This document shows, piece by piece, positions 49,880 to 63,742 of a stretch of 64,000 bases of DNA. The position numbers and the translations under genes were made by a program. The notes below the pieces were generated by a model. It was given only the letters and a program-made list of their open reading frames with translations, searched no databases and was not told the origin of the DNA. Numbering within the stretch: position 1 is the stretch's first letter; every line of letters begins with the position of its first letter. The stretch is from Octopus sinensis. Taxonomy: Eukaryota. Location: the NCBI RefSeq assembly GCF_006345805.1, contig NC_043024.1:11594001-11658000 (forward strand). Reading direction: 5' to 3'.

Positions 49880-51560
49880 ACTAGCAGTATCACCCGGCGT
49901 TGCTTGGGTTTGTTTCGACCCTTTAGAATTGGAGTTTTTGAAAATTAAAAATTTTGCATTATATAGCTTGTTATTCTCTTTAAGTGAACATTTTTCTGGT
50001 TGAAATACACCGAAAAATGGCGACACAGCAGTAAAAAAATCGTAAAAAATAGGGATTTTCATAGAAAAAAAGCACCATTTTGATGTAAATAATTTTTGGT
50101 GTTAACATGGTCCGATTTGAATTTTTTCTTTTATGGAATGAAGAGCAAGCCTTCTTCTATCATACTCTCAATTTTGGTCAACTTGTGCCACAGGGTCTTG
50201 GAGGAGATAGTGTTAGTTGAAGGCTACCAAACCTGCCATACACACACAGACAACTTCAGCTTTATATATATAGACTAGCAGTATCGCCCGGCGTTGCTCG
50301 GGTTTGTTTCTACCCTTTAGAATTGGAATTTTTGAAAAGTAAAAATTTTGCATTATGTAGCTTGTTATTCTCTTTAAGTGAACATTTTTCTGGTTGAAAT
50401 ACACCGTAAAATGGCGACACAGCAGTAAAAAAATCGTAAAAAATAGGGATTTTCATAGAAAAAAAAGCACCTTTTTGATGTTAACATGGTTTGATTTGAA
50501 TTTTTTCTTCTACGGAAGGAAGAGCAAGCCTTCTTCTATCATACTCTCGATTTTGGTCAACTTGCGCCGCAGGGTCTCGGAGATAGTGTTTGTTGAAGGC
50601 TACCAAACATGCCACACACAGACAACTTCAGCTTTATATATTGAGAGATAGAGATTATGTGAAGGCGCATGGCTTAGTGATTAGAGCATCGGGCTCACAT
50701 TCATGAGGTTGTGAGTTCAATTCTCAGACCAAGCTGTGTATTGTTTTCTTGAGCAAGACACTTTATTTCACGTTGTTCCAGTTCACTCAGCTGTAGAAAT
50801 GAGTTGCGATATCACTAGTGCCAAGCTGTATCGGTCTTTGCATCAGTGACATCGCAACTCATTTTTGACTGCTGTGTCGCCATTTTTCGGTGTATTTCAA
50901 CCAGAAAAATCTATATATATAAAGCTGAAGTTGTCTGTGTGTGTGTGGCAGGTTTAGTAGCCTTCAACTAACACTATCTCCTCCGAGACCCTGCACGCAA
51001 GTTGACCAAAATCGAGACTATGATAAAAGAAGGCTTGCTCTTCATTCTGTAGAAGAAAAAATTCAAATCAGACCATGTTAAGACACAAAATTATTTACAT
51101 CAAAAAGGTGCTTTTTTTCTATGATATTCCCTATTTTTTACGATTTTTTTACTGCTGTGTCGCCATTTTTCGGTGTATTTCAACCAGAAAAATGTTCACT
51201 TAAAGAGAATAACAAGCTACATAATGCAAAAGTTTTACTTTTCAAAAATTCTAATTCTAAAGGGTCAAAACAAACCCGAGCAACGCTGGGCGATACTGCT
51301 AGTCTATATATATAAAGCTGAAGTTGTCTGTGTGTGGCAGGTTTGGTAGAAGGCTTGCTCTTCCTTCCGTAGAGGAAAAAATTCAAATCAGACCATGTTA
51401 ACATCAAAAATTATTTACATCAAAAAGGTGCTTTTTTTCTATGAAAATCCCTATTTTTTACGATTCTTTGACTGCTGTGTCGCCATTTTACGGTGTATTT
51501 CAACCAGAAAAATGTTCACTTAAAGAGAATAACAAGCTACATAATGCAAAATTTTTACTT
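49880..51560. mobile_element. Two tandem HINE-like units (+, 394-bp period), a SINE head, then an inverted set of the same element
   Basis: ACTAGCAGTATC at 49880 and 50274; reverse-complement copies at 50850-51560. Confidence 0.65.
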
Positions 51561-51669
51561 TGCCTTTCTCTTGGATAACATCAGTGGTGCAGAGAGAGGA
51601 CGCTGGTATGCATGGGTGACTGCTGGTCTTCCATAAACAACCTTGGCCGGACATATGCTTCAGAAGGAA

Positions 51670-51960
51670 CATTCTGAGGCTATAGCCAAAGACCCACGAT
51701 TCATCACCTGTTATCACCGTTTCCAAAAAGCTTCCATCTTCTTTGACTCAATCAAGGAAATCCTTCACAACTGAAACCTAATCTTCCTTTCGAGATGACC
51801 GCACTTGACACACTTTACTCCCAAGTACTGCTATAAACAATGGAAGTGAGCCAGATTCGCTACAACTCAGTGTGTCTGAGTTCAAGGTCAATCTGCGCCA
51901 AGCAGCTTTACTCCCGCATACTTCAGCTCTGTTACCATAGAAACAGTGACGATACCTTCT
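51670..51960 (-). mobile_element. Mariner transposase remnant
   Basis: ETVITGDESWVFGY (first catalytic Asp motif). Confidence 0.65.
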
Positions 51961-53592
51961 GATCAGATCTTGCATGTGGTTAGAATTACAAGTATGCAAA
52001 AGAAACTTAAACACGATCTGTTCATCATCATCATCATCGTTCAACGTCCGCTTTCCATGCTAGCATGGGTTGGACGATTTGACTGAGGGCTGGCGAACCA
52101 GATGGCTGCACCAGGCTCCAATCTTGATCTGGCAGACTTTCTACAGCTGGATGCCCTTCCTAATGCCAATCACTCTGAGAGTGTAGTGGGTGCTTTTACA
52201 TGCCACTGGCACGAGGGCCAGTCAGGCGGTACTGGCAACAGCACGCTCAAATGGTGCTTTTTATGTGCCACCTGCACAGGAGCCAGTCCAGTGGCACTGG
52301 AAACAACCTTGCTCGAATGTTTTTTCATGTTCCACTGGCACAAGTGCTAGTAAGGCGACGCAGGTAACGATCATGCTCAAATGGTGTTTTTAACATGCCA
52401 TTGGCACGGAGGTCAGCTTGTTGCTCTGGCCCCAATCTCACTCATATGGTTCTCTTAGCCCCGCACTAGCACGGAAGCCAGTCATCGAACTTGTAGTATT
52501 AATAGTATTAGGTTCCCTACAAATAATCCACAAGTCTCATTACTATTCACTGAAGTCTATACTGTAGGCATTTAGATATGCATTCAACACTCAGAGAACA
52601 TCATCATCGTTTAACGTCTGTTTTCCATGCTAGCATGGGTTGGACAGTTCGACTAGGGTCTGGGAAGCCAGGAGGCTGCACCAGGCTCCAATCTTGATCT
52701 GGCAGTGTTTCTACAGCTAGATGCCCTTCCTGATGCCAACCACTCCGTGAGTGTAGTGGGTCCTTTTTACATGCCATTGACACAGGTGCCAGAGCAGGCT
52801 GGCAGCGGCCACAATTGGTTGGTGCTTTTTATGTGCCACCGGCACAGAAGCCAGTCAAGGTGGCGCAGGCATCGGCCACGTTTGGCTGGTGCTTTTTAGT
52901 GCCACCGGTACAGGTATCACAACTACAATTTCCATTTGATATTAACACTTTATAGAATTTGTTTAACTTTTGACCAGCATGGAAAAGAAGGGGCTGGAAG
53001 CTTAAGGATCCTGTGAATGGACAGAGATATAGAGACGTATTACTTGAATCTTTTGACGAAAAAGAGGAGGATATAGCATCTTGACCATTGGATTGCACCT
53101 AGTAAGTTCCCTTCTTAGGAATAAGTCTGGGCAAGGTTGTTTATGAAAAACCAGCAGTCGCCCATGCATACCAGCCTCCCCTCTCCACACCACTGATGTT
53201 ATCCAAGGGTAAAGGCAAAGGGGCCGATACAGCTTGGCACCATTGATGTCGCAACTCATTTCTACAGCTGAGTTAACAGGAGCAACGTGAAATCAAGTGT
53301 CTTGCTCAAGAACACAAAACGCAGCCCGGTCCAGGATTCGAACTCACAACCTCACAATTGTAAGCTCAACGCTCTAACCACTGAGCCATGCTATACTCTT
53401 TACTCTTTTACTTGTTTCAGTCATTTGACTGCGGCCATGCTGGAGCACCACCTTTAGTCTTTGTAAGCCCAGTACTTATTCTATCGGTCTCTTTTGCCGA
53501 ACCGCTAAGTAACGGGGACGTAAACACACCAGCATCGGTTGTCAAGCAATGCTAGGGGGAAAAACACAGACACACAAACATATACACACACA

Positions 53593-53644
<52 letters not shown>

Positions 53645-53776
53645 TACGACAGGCTTCTTTCAGTTTCCGTCTACCAAATCCACTCACAAGGCATTGGTCG
53701 GCCCGGGGCTATAGCAGAAGACACCATGTGGTTGGTTAGCAAGCTACTTACCACACAGCCACTCCTGCGCCTATGA

Positions 53777-53819
<43 letters not shown>

Positions 53820-54537
53820 TATATACATACACACACATATACATATACACATATGTATACATATACACATATGTATACATATACACATACAGATATATAC
53901 ACACAGACAAATGCTATTTATTATCTTTATGTCAATAAATGTTTCTTTTTTGCTTATCAACACTATTTCAAAGACATTGCCCTCAATTTAGGTGGGGCTT
54001 TGATTTGCATGGTCCCTTATCTTTACTGTCTGCATTGTTGGGTTTTCATGCAGTGAATGTCTTTGTCAACATTCACAAACGAATTAACAGAATGGCTTTT
54101 TTGAACTTTGCACCTATTTCAATCTGACTGAGAACCAATTGCACGACAAATTGAAAGTGGAAAATAAACACAATCATTAACAAACAATTAGCAAAATTAA
54201 AATTCTGCAGTAATTGGTAAATAATAGGCGCTAATTATAAAATGTGGTTGGTTTCATTATGCTTAATTTTCAATTGTTAAACTCAGCATTGTTCGTAATA
54301 GAAGACAGGAAGGAACATGAATGAACCTCGTATGCTCTGTTGGATGAGTATTGTCAGGGTGATTGTACGATGAAGAATTGGTTTGTTGAGAGAAGAATAG
54401 GGAAGTGAGAGGAATCGGATGTGATGTGCAAGAGAGAAGACTAGGATGGGGTGGCCATTGGATGCTTATACTCTTTATAAAAATTCCAATTCTAAAGGGT
54501 CGAAACAAACCTGAGCAACACCGGGCGTTACTGCTAG

Positions 54538-54585
<48 letters not shown>

Positions 54586-56222
54586 ATATATATATATTTA
54601 CTGCCCACAAGGGGCTAAACATAGAGGGGACAAACAAGGACAGACAAACGGATTAAATTGATTACATTGACCCCAGTGCGTAACTGGTACTTTTCTTTAT
54701 CGACCCCGAAAGGATGAAAGGCAGAGTCGCCCTTGGCGGAATTTGAACCCAGAACGTAACGGCAAGGCATTTCGCCCGGCGTGCTAATGTTTCTGTCAGC
54801 TCACCGCTTTCAATATATATATATATATATATATATATCACCGTGACCGACCAGGCTATCAGATGTTGCTACACATCGCTGGTCACAATGCGCTTCGCAT
54901 TGTTTTACCCTTCATATGACGCCACCCCGCTGGCTAAGCGAGCAGGCCAACAGAAGAAAGAGTGAGAGAAAGTTGTGGTGAAAGAGTACAGCAGGGACTA
55001 CCACCCACCCCCTGCCAGAGCGTCGTGAAGCTTTTAGGTGTTTTCGCTCAATAAACACTCACAACGCCCAGTCTGGGAATTGAAATCGCGAGTCTGCTGC
55101 CCTAACCACTGGGCCAATGCGCCTCCACATATACATATATATATACATTTTTTTATACTTGTTTCAGTCATTTGACTGCGGCCATGCTGGAGCACCGCCT
55201 TTAGTCGAGCAAATCGACCCCAGGACTTATTCTTTGGAAGCCTAGTACTTATTCTATCGGTCTCTTTTGCCGAACTGCTAAGTGACGGGGACGTAAACAC
55301 ACCAGCATCGGTTGTCAAGCAATGCTAGGGGGACAAACACAGACACACAAACACATACATATATATATATATATACGACAGGCTTCTTTCAGTTTCCGTC
55401 TACCAAATCCACTCACAAGGCATTGGTCGGCCCGGGGCTATAGTAGAAGACACTTGCCCAAGGTGCCACGCAGTGGGACTGAATCCGGAACCATGTGGTT
55501 GGTAAACAAACTACTTACCACAAAGCCACTCCTGCGCCTATATATTTTATCTTTTAGTTGTTTCAATCCCTAGTCTGTGACTATGCATTTTTACTGAAAT
55601 TAATAAACTCCAAGGCTTAAAGCCTGGTTATTTTTTTGTCTCTTTTCCTAAGTTACGGGGAGTGGCTGTGTGGTAAGTAGCTTGCTTACCAACTACATGG
55701 TTCCAGGCTCAGTCCCACTGCATGGCACCTTGGGCAAGTGTCTTCTACTATAGCCTCGGGCCGACCAAAGCCTTGTGAGTGGATTTGGTGGATGGAAACT
55801 GAAAGAAGCCCGTCGTATATATGTTTACATATATATATATATATGTATGTGTGTATGAGTGTGTGTGTATGTTTGTGTGTCTGTGTTTGTCCCCCCAACA
55901 TCGCTTGACAACCGATGCTGGTGTGTTTACGTCCCCGTAACTTAGCGGTTCGGCAAAAGAGACGATAGAATAATAACCATGTGGTTTGTAAGCAAGCTAC
56001 TTACCACACAGCCACTCCTACGACTATATTTAAAAGGAAATAAAAAAAAAACCCAAAAAATCGAAAGGCGGTCAAAAAGTGGAAAAAACTTCAAGAGAAA
56101 AGTGGGTGGGGCAAACCATTCCACAGAAAAACGAAACCAAACATTTTCTAAGAATTCACAAGATTTTCGAATTTCATTTTTTTTCATGCACACGGGATAA
56201 TCTCCAACTCTATGCCGTCTGC

Positions 56223-56263
<41 letters not shown>

Positions 56264-57504
56264 CAATATATATACATATATATATACATATACATATATA
56301 TATACATATATATATATATACATATACATATATATATATACATATATATATACATATACATATACATATATATATACATATATATATACATATATATATA
56401 TACACATATATACATACATATATACATATACATATATATATATATAATATATATATATATATAATATGTATGAATGTATTTCTAGAACAAATGTATTCGA
56501 TAATTACAGCATCGTAAAAGGCTAACCTTTAGGCAAAGACTAATTTTGGCGAGAATTTTTCCAGCAAAATATTCCTTCTCCAAAGGTGGCTCTCACACAA
56601 CGTTGTGATTATTGAATACAGATAACAGTAATTCTCCATGACTACAGACAGACCTATATAGATTTTGCCCTAGAAATTTTTGTAGGCAGCTTTCGTTGTA
56701 AGCACATACAATGGCCGACGAGAAAACGAAAATTTGATAATTAAGCAATAAAATGAAAGTGAATGGTTATTATTATTATTATTATTATTTAAAAAAAAAT
56801 TTTATGGTATTTTAAAGAAGCCGGATTTGGAGTATTTCTGTTAATAGAAAATCCGATGTCGGTAGCGAAGATACAATGGAAGCGAAATCTGTATCATTAC
56901 TTTCACTTTTAACAATGTACCGCTTCGTACCGTTTTCTTGGCCGACGGTATACCTTGTTTTTTAGCTTTATTTTGGTATAATCTATAGAAATAAAACAGC
57001 CGATGCAATACCGAGAGGCTGGTAAGGAATAACTGGGAAGAATCTGGTGGTCATAGGAAAAACTGAAGGACAAAAATCCGACTAAAATGAAAGCTAGAAT
57101 TAGCGGAAAAACACCAGCAAAAGAGTCGGAATAAATTACTGATGGAAAATCCTTACGTCGACAGAATATGTCTTTTTCTGCGAACGTGCAAATGGTAAAA
57201 GTAAACAGGCAACATCGCAACTAATTTATATTTCATTTAAACACCAATAAATCCTATTTTTTTCCTTTTTCTTTTTATACGATCGCACTGGTTGACCTTC
57301 GCCCGTATACTGTCCTAATTGAATTCGTATTAATTAAATAATAATGAAATACTAGACAGACTGGAAGTCTTGCGGAAGAATGATGATAAAATGAACAATA
57401 AATGAACACATGGTAATTGTAAACCGAAATATTTCCCGTCAAACAACCCCGAGCTGAGATCTGAAATTAAAAACCCGTAATAGCAAAAGAAAATAGAATG
57501 ATAG

Positions 57505-58522
57505 ATCGAACCATTCAATCTTAACAATGACTACCCTTTCTTGCTTTTCGTCATAATCTAAATCTCGGATTATCCAGAGTAGCCTAGCTTAATTTTTAAG
57601 ACGTGGGGATGATTTGGGATAAATCTGGCTGTTATTTCTATTCCTATTTAAGCTTGTAAGGGCTATAGTTTTTTACAACCCCAGGTCGGCTCTCATCTAG
57701 ACGACCTACGTGAAGACCGAACCATTCAATCTTAACAATGACTACCCTTTCTTGCTTTTCGTCATAATCTAAATCTCGGATTATCCAGAGTAGCCTAGCT
57801 TAATTTTTAAGACGTGGGGATGATTTGGGATAAATCTGGCTGTTATTTCTATTCCTATTTAAGCTTGTAAGGGCTATAGTTTTTTACAACCCCAGGTCGG
57901 CTCTCATCTAGACGACCTACGTGAAGACCGAACCATTCAATCTTAACAATGACTACCCTTTCTTGCTTTTCGTCATAATCTAAATCTCGGATTATCCAGA
58001 GTAGCCTAGCTTAATTTTTAAGACGTGGGGATGATTTGGGATAAATCTGGCTGTTATTTCTATTCCTATTTAAGCTTGTAAGGGCTATAGTTTTTTACAA
58101 CCCCAGGTCGGCTCTCATCTAGACGACCTACGTGAAGACCGAACCATTCAATCTTAACAATGACTACCCTTTCTTGCTTTTCGTCATAATCTAAAGCTCG
58201 GATTATCCAGAGTAGCCTAGCTTAATTTTTAAGACTGGGGAATGATTTGGGAGAAATCTGGCTGTTATTTCTACTCTTATTTAAGCTTGTAAGGGCTATG
58301 GTTTTTTACAACCCCAGGTCGGCTCCCATGTGGCAGACCTACGTGAAGATCGAACCATTCAATCTTAACAATACTACCCTTTTTTGTTTTTCGTCATAAT
58401 CTAAAGCACGGATTACCCAATTTTTAAGACGGGGGGATGATCTGGGAGAAATCTGGCTGTTATTTCTATTCTTATTTAAGCATGTAAGGGCTATAGTTGT
58501 TTACAACCCTAGGTCAGCTCTC
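57505..58522. repeat. 211-bp tandem repeat, about 4.8 copies
   Basis: GAACCATTCAATC at 57508, 57719, 57930, 58141 and 58352. Confidence 0.92.
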
Positions 58523-58879
58523 AAGCACTGCTGCCGCTACCACCTCGTGTTTTTATATAACTATGACTACACAGTGTTGTCTCGTTCGGTAAGTCTTGTT
58601 GTGATCACACGACCTGTTAGAAATAGCAGCCAAATGCCTTCGAAACACGCCTTAGAAAAAAATTAAAGAGGAAAGGACGAAAACAAAGTGGTTATAGATA
58701 CATATAAAGACGGGGTGGGTACTACTTAAGAAGAGTGGTCCCGGTGCGCGCACTCGCGCTAGCTAGTCGTGACTAGTCGATCCTACAACGACTTCCTAGC
58801 AATGTAAATAAAACACAAAATGATTTTTTTTAAACTAAGTAAATAAAACACAAAGTAAGGATCGACTATATATACAGAT

Positions 58880-59470
58880 AGGAATTCTATTTCGATCTTT
58901 CAGCTTTATCCGTTCAGATCTAATCCGGAGCTAAACAAGAATTAAACAATGATTTAGCTGCTGTTTCTAGCAGCTCGGAGGGCACCAACCTTGGGCCATT
59001 GAAATGTGATTATAGGAAATATAAAGAAAGGAATCTCTTTCGATCTCTCAGCTCTATTCGTTCAGATCTAACCCGGAGCTAAACGATAATTTAGCTGCTG
59101 TTTCTAGCAGCTCGGCAGATCTATGATTTAGCTGCTGTTTCTAGCAACCTTGGGCCATGGAAACGTGATAAGAGAAAATATAAAGACAGGAATCTTCGAT
59201 CTCTCAGCTCTATTCGTTCAGATCTAACCCGGAGCTAAACGATAATTTAGCTGCTGTTTCTAGCAGCTCGGCAGATCTATGATTTAGCTGCTGTTTCTAG
59301 CAACCTTGGGCCATGGAAACGTGATAAGAGAAAATATAAAGACAGGAATCTCTTTCGATCTCTCAGCTCTATTCGTTCAGATCTAACCCGGAGCTAAACA
59401 ATGATTTAGCTGCTGTTTCTAGCAGGTCGGAGGGCACCAACCTAGGGCCATGGAAATGTGATTAGAAGGA
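58880..59470. repeat. 148-159-bp imperfect tandem repeat, 4 copies
   Basis: CGATCT(T/C)TCAGCT at 58893, 59041, 59197 and 59356. Confidence 0.85.
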
Positions 59471-59491
59471 AATAAGAAATGGTTTACTTAC

Positions 59492-59545
59492 TTGTTTGTG
59501 AAGTATAAATGAAGGATGAAGAACCACGCGACTCTAGCTTTCCTC
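59492..59545 (-). other. GRN: Candidate non-coding exon 1 of GRN (5' boundary approximate)
   Basis: The ATG exon has an upstream acceptor, so a 5' UTR exon is required. A consensus donor ACAA|gtaagt lies at 59492/59491 just downstream of the most CpG-rich stretch in the window. Confidence 0.45.
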
Positions 59546-59639
59546 TCTCTCTCTCTCTCTCGGGATATATTTTATAATTGGATATATGCGTCTAATTTAA
59601 TTTAGATGACGGGTACCTGCTCGGGTGAGGGGACCAAAC

Positions 59640-59850
59640 GGGGTTTTGTGGGTTGGATGAGCAAAACCAAGGGAGGCTGAGTCAAAGTCACGACTTCCGG
59701 TTTTCGGGAGACGTCATGTGACTAGAGTAGAATGTCAAGGGGGAAGGGGGAGGATGAGAGGGGAGGGGCATGGCGGGAGGGCGAAAGGAGGAGTGAGGGG
59801 AGGTCGCGCGCGCGCGCGCGCGTGTGTGCGTGTATGCGTGTATGTGTGTG
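59640..59850 (-). promoter_or_regulatory. CpG/GC-rich putative GRN promoter
   Basis: TGACTCAGC (ARE/AP-1, 59676-59684 on -), CCGGAAGT (ETS, 59693-59700 on -), TGACGTC (CRE-like, 59710-59716 on -), GTCATGTGAC (M-box/CLEAR-like, 59713-59722), G-runs and (CG)n. Confidence 0.5.
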
Positions 59851-60306
59851 TATGTGTGTTTGTCTTGATTTTGCGAATACGTCGCACCCTGATCCTTGCT
59901 CGACGGGCCGACCATGTGAGCGGATTTTGGTTGATTGACGGGAAGTGAAAGGGGCCAGGGTTCGATTCGAGTGCGTGGCTGGTAGTTTGGGCAAGTGATT
60001 TCTACAAACGAAAGCCTTGTGAGTGGATTTGGTAGACGGAAACTGAAAGAAGCTCGTCGTATATATTTATGTATATATATATACTCTTTACTCTTTTACT
60101 CTTTTACTTGTTTCAGTCATTTGACTGCGGCCATGCTGGAGCACCGCCTTTAGTCGAGCAAATCGACCCCGGGACTTATTCTTTGTAAGCCCAGCACTTA
60201 TTCTATCGGTCTCTTTTGCCGAACCGCTAAGTGACGGGGACGTAAACACACCAGCATAGGGGGACAAACACAGACACACAAACATATACACACACACTTA
60301 TATATA

Positions 60307-60437
60307 CAGGGTGTCCCCAAAAAATGTATACACACCTTAAATGATTGTAAATTTGTTATTCTTTGTAAGCCTAGTACTTATTCTATCGTTCTCTTTTGCC
60401 GAACCACTATGTGTATACATTTTTTGGGGACACCCTG
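60307..60437. mobile_element. 131-bp Tc1/mariner-type MITE
   Basis: Perfect 27-bp TIR CAGGGTGTCCCCAAAAAATGTATACAC, flanked by TA. Confidence 0.8.
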
Positions 60438-60618
60438 TATATATATATACATATATACGACAGGCTTCTTTCAGTTTCCGTCTACCAAATCCACTCACAA
60501 GGCATTGGTCGGCCCGGGGCTATAGCAGAAGACACTTGCCCAAGATGCCACGCAGTGGGACTGAACTCGGAACCATGTAGTTGGTTAGCAAGCTACTTAC
60601 CACACAGCCACTCCTGCG

Positions 60619-60773
<155 letters not shown>

Positions 60774-61005
60774 TAATTCTCGGCGACAACTATGATTGTC
60801 ACACGCTGACGAGAGGTCAATACCTCGAAACTCGAGTCCGTGTGTATCATAAGTTGAAGACGGGAAGGATGACTTCCCTTTGCAAATACTGACAGGACAC
60901 AGATAGTGTGTCTATGGCCAGCTGGAGGAGTGTGTCCTCCTGGGGCTAAAAACTACAGTAGCATCCACCCTTAGGGGTTAGCCATATTGAAATGGCAAAA
61001 ATACG

Positions 61006-61051
<46 letters not shown>

Positions 61052-61080
61052 CATACATATATATATATACATATATATAT

Positions 61081-63055
61081 CATCATCATCATCATCATCA
61101 TCGTTTAACGTCCGCTTTCCATGCTAGCATGGGTTGGACGGTTCAACTGGGGTCTGGCAAGCCCGAAGGCTGCACCAGGCCAGTCAGATCTGGCAGTGTT
61201 TCTACAGCTGGATGCCCTTCCTAACGCCAACCACTCCGAGAGTGTAGTGGGTGATTTTATGTGCCACCGACACAGGTGCCAGACGAGGCTGGCAGACGGC
61301 CACGCTCGGATGGTGTTTTTTATGTGCCACCAACACAGGTGCCAGACGAGGCTGGCTGACGGCCACGCTCGGATGGTGTTTTCTTATGTGTCACCGACAC
61401 AGGTGCCAGACGGGGCTGGCGGACGGCCACGCTCGGATGGTGTTTGTTACATGCCTTCAGCACGGAGGCCAGTCGTTGCGGTACTGGCTACGATCACGTT
61501 CGGATGGTTTTCTTATGTGCCACCCCGGCACTGGTACCACAAGGATACAAATTCCATTGATGTTCATCTATTTTGATTTGGTTCGATTTGATTTGATTTG
61601 ATTCGATTCTCACTTGCCTCAACAGGTCTTCACAAGTGTCACAAGAAGGAAGGTATGCACAGGTGGACTGACTACGTCCCTACGGTAGGGGCCACGGATT
61701 ATGGCTTCACTAGTCTTGCCGGGTCTTCTCACGCACAGCATACTTCCATAGGTCTCTCGGTCTCTAGTCATTTCCATGGTGAGACCTAACGTCCGAAGGT
61801 CGTGCTTCACCACTTCGTCCCAGGTTTTCCTGGGTCTGCCTCTTCCACGGGTTCCCTCAACTGCTAGGGATTGGCACTTTCTCACACACCTATCTTCATC
61901 CATTCTCGCCACATGACCATACCAGCGCAATCGTCTCTCTTGCACACAACAACTGATGCTTCTTAGGTACAACATTTCTCTCAAGGTACTAACGCTCTGT
62001 CGAGTAAGTACACTGACATTTCACATCCATCGGAGCATACTGGCTTCGTTCCTCACGAGCTTACGCATGTCCTCAGCAGTCACGGCCCATGTTTCACTGC
62101 CATGTAGCATAGCTGTTCGTACACATGCATCATACAGTCTGCCTTTTACTCTGAGCGAGAGGCCTTTAGTCACCAGCAGAGGTAAGAGCTCCCTAAACTT
62201 TGCCCAGGCTATTCTTATTCTAGCAGTTACACTTTCAGCGCACCCGCCCCCACTACTGACTTGGTCACCTAGATAGCGGAAGCTATCAACTACTTCTAGT
62301 TTTTCCCCCCGGAAAGTGACGGAAGTTGTTTTCTGCAGATTTTCGGAGGTCAATGCTCCAGAGCATCTGCCACATACAAAAACTATCTTCCCAGTTAGCC
62401 TACCTTTGACATTGCTGCACCTCTTATGTGTCCATAGCTTACACTGGGTACATCTTATAGAGTTTCTACTACTACACCTTTTCTACAGATCAAGCAGGGC
62501 CATCTTCCTGAGGATATTTGTGGATTTTCTAACTTTCTACTTATTAGTACTTTGGTTTTAGCTAGGTTGACTCTAAGGCCCCTCGATTCTAAACCTCCTC
62601 CTTCCACACCTGGAACTTCTCCTCCAGTTCTGATAGTGACTCAGCGATTAGAGCGAGGTCGTCAGCATAGAGGAGCTCCCAGGGGCAACCTGTCTTGAAT
62701 TCCTCCACAATTGCCTGGAGGACTATGATAAATAGGAGGGGGCTGAGTACTGAACCTGGTGGACCCCAACCTCTACCTTGAATTCTTCTGTGTACATGCT
62801 GCCAACTCTAACCTTACTTACGGCATCTCTGTACATGGCTTGCACAGCCCTCACCAGCCATTCATCTATCCCTAGTTTCCTCATTGACCACCAGATGAGG
62901 GATCGGGGGACCCTATCAAAGGCTTTCTCCATGTCAACGAAAGCCAGGTACAGGGGCTTATCTTTGGCTAGGTATTTCTCCTGCAGCTGCCTTACCAGGA
63001 ATATAGCATCAGTGGTGCTTTTCCCTGGGACAAACCCAAACCCAAACTGCATCTC
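61081..63055 (-). mobile_element. 5'-truncated RTE-clade LINE (RT to 3' UTR, (ATG)n tail)
   Basis: QFGF.PGKSTTDAIFLVRQLQEK...AFVDMEKAFDRVPR, LLYADD-type region, FRYLG, RRLRWYGHVARM, RGRGRPRKTW across broken ORFs. Its 3' end matches many short copies in the window (e.g. 9420-9990, 18960-19260, 22600-22900, 39460-39900, 41330-41590, 52020-52930). Confidence 0.9.
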
Positions 63056-63104
63056 ATGCTTTTTTCCCTGACATATATATATATTATATATAATATAATA
63101 TTAT

Positions 63105-63137
<33 letters not shown>

Positions 63138-63138
63138 G

Positions 63139-63190
<52 letters not shown>

Positions 63191-63648
63191 TATATATATA
63201 TACATATAAATACTTTTTATCTTATATTAAACTTTTTAATACTTTTTGATAGTTATATATATTTAATAAAAAAAATATATAAAAATTTTTAAATATAAAT
63301 TAATAATTTTAATTTTAAATTTAAATAATTTAAATTTTTAAATTTTGTATTTTATATTTTATATATTTTGTATATTATATTAATTAATTCTATTTATATG
63401 TTTTGCTTTATGTTTTTCACTGTTTGATTTGCCTAATAGTGGTTTTATCTCTAATTTAATTTATATAAATACATATATATATATAGGAGTGGCTGTGTGG
63501 TAAGTAGCTTGTTTACCAACCACATGGTTCCGGGTTCAGTCCCACTGCGTGGCACCTTGGGCAAGTGTCTTCTACTATAGCCTCGGGCCGACCAAAGCCG
63601 TGTGAGTGGATTTGGTAGACGGAAACTGAAAGAAGCCTATCGTATATG

Positions 63649-63740
<92 letters not shown>

Positions 63741-63742
<2 letters not shown>

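Noticed and set aside
56909-57220. 103-aa ORF and a possible + strand exon near 56966-57021
   Set aside because: No recognisable homology, no partner exons and no coding signature that I can support.
40288-58522. Regular arrays as CRISPR-like loci
   Set aside because: Units are contiguous with no unique spacers, there are no cas genes, and the context is eukaryotic.
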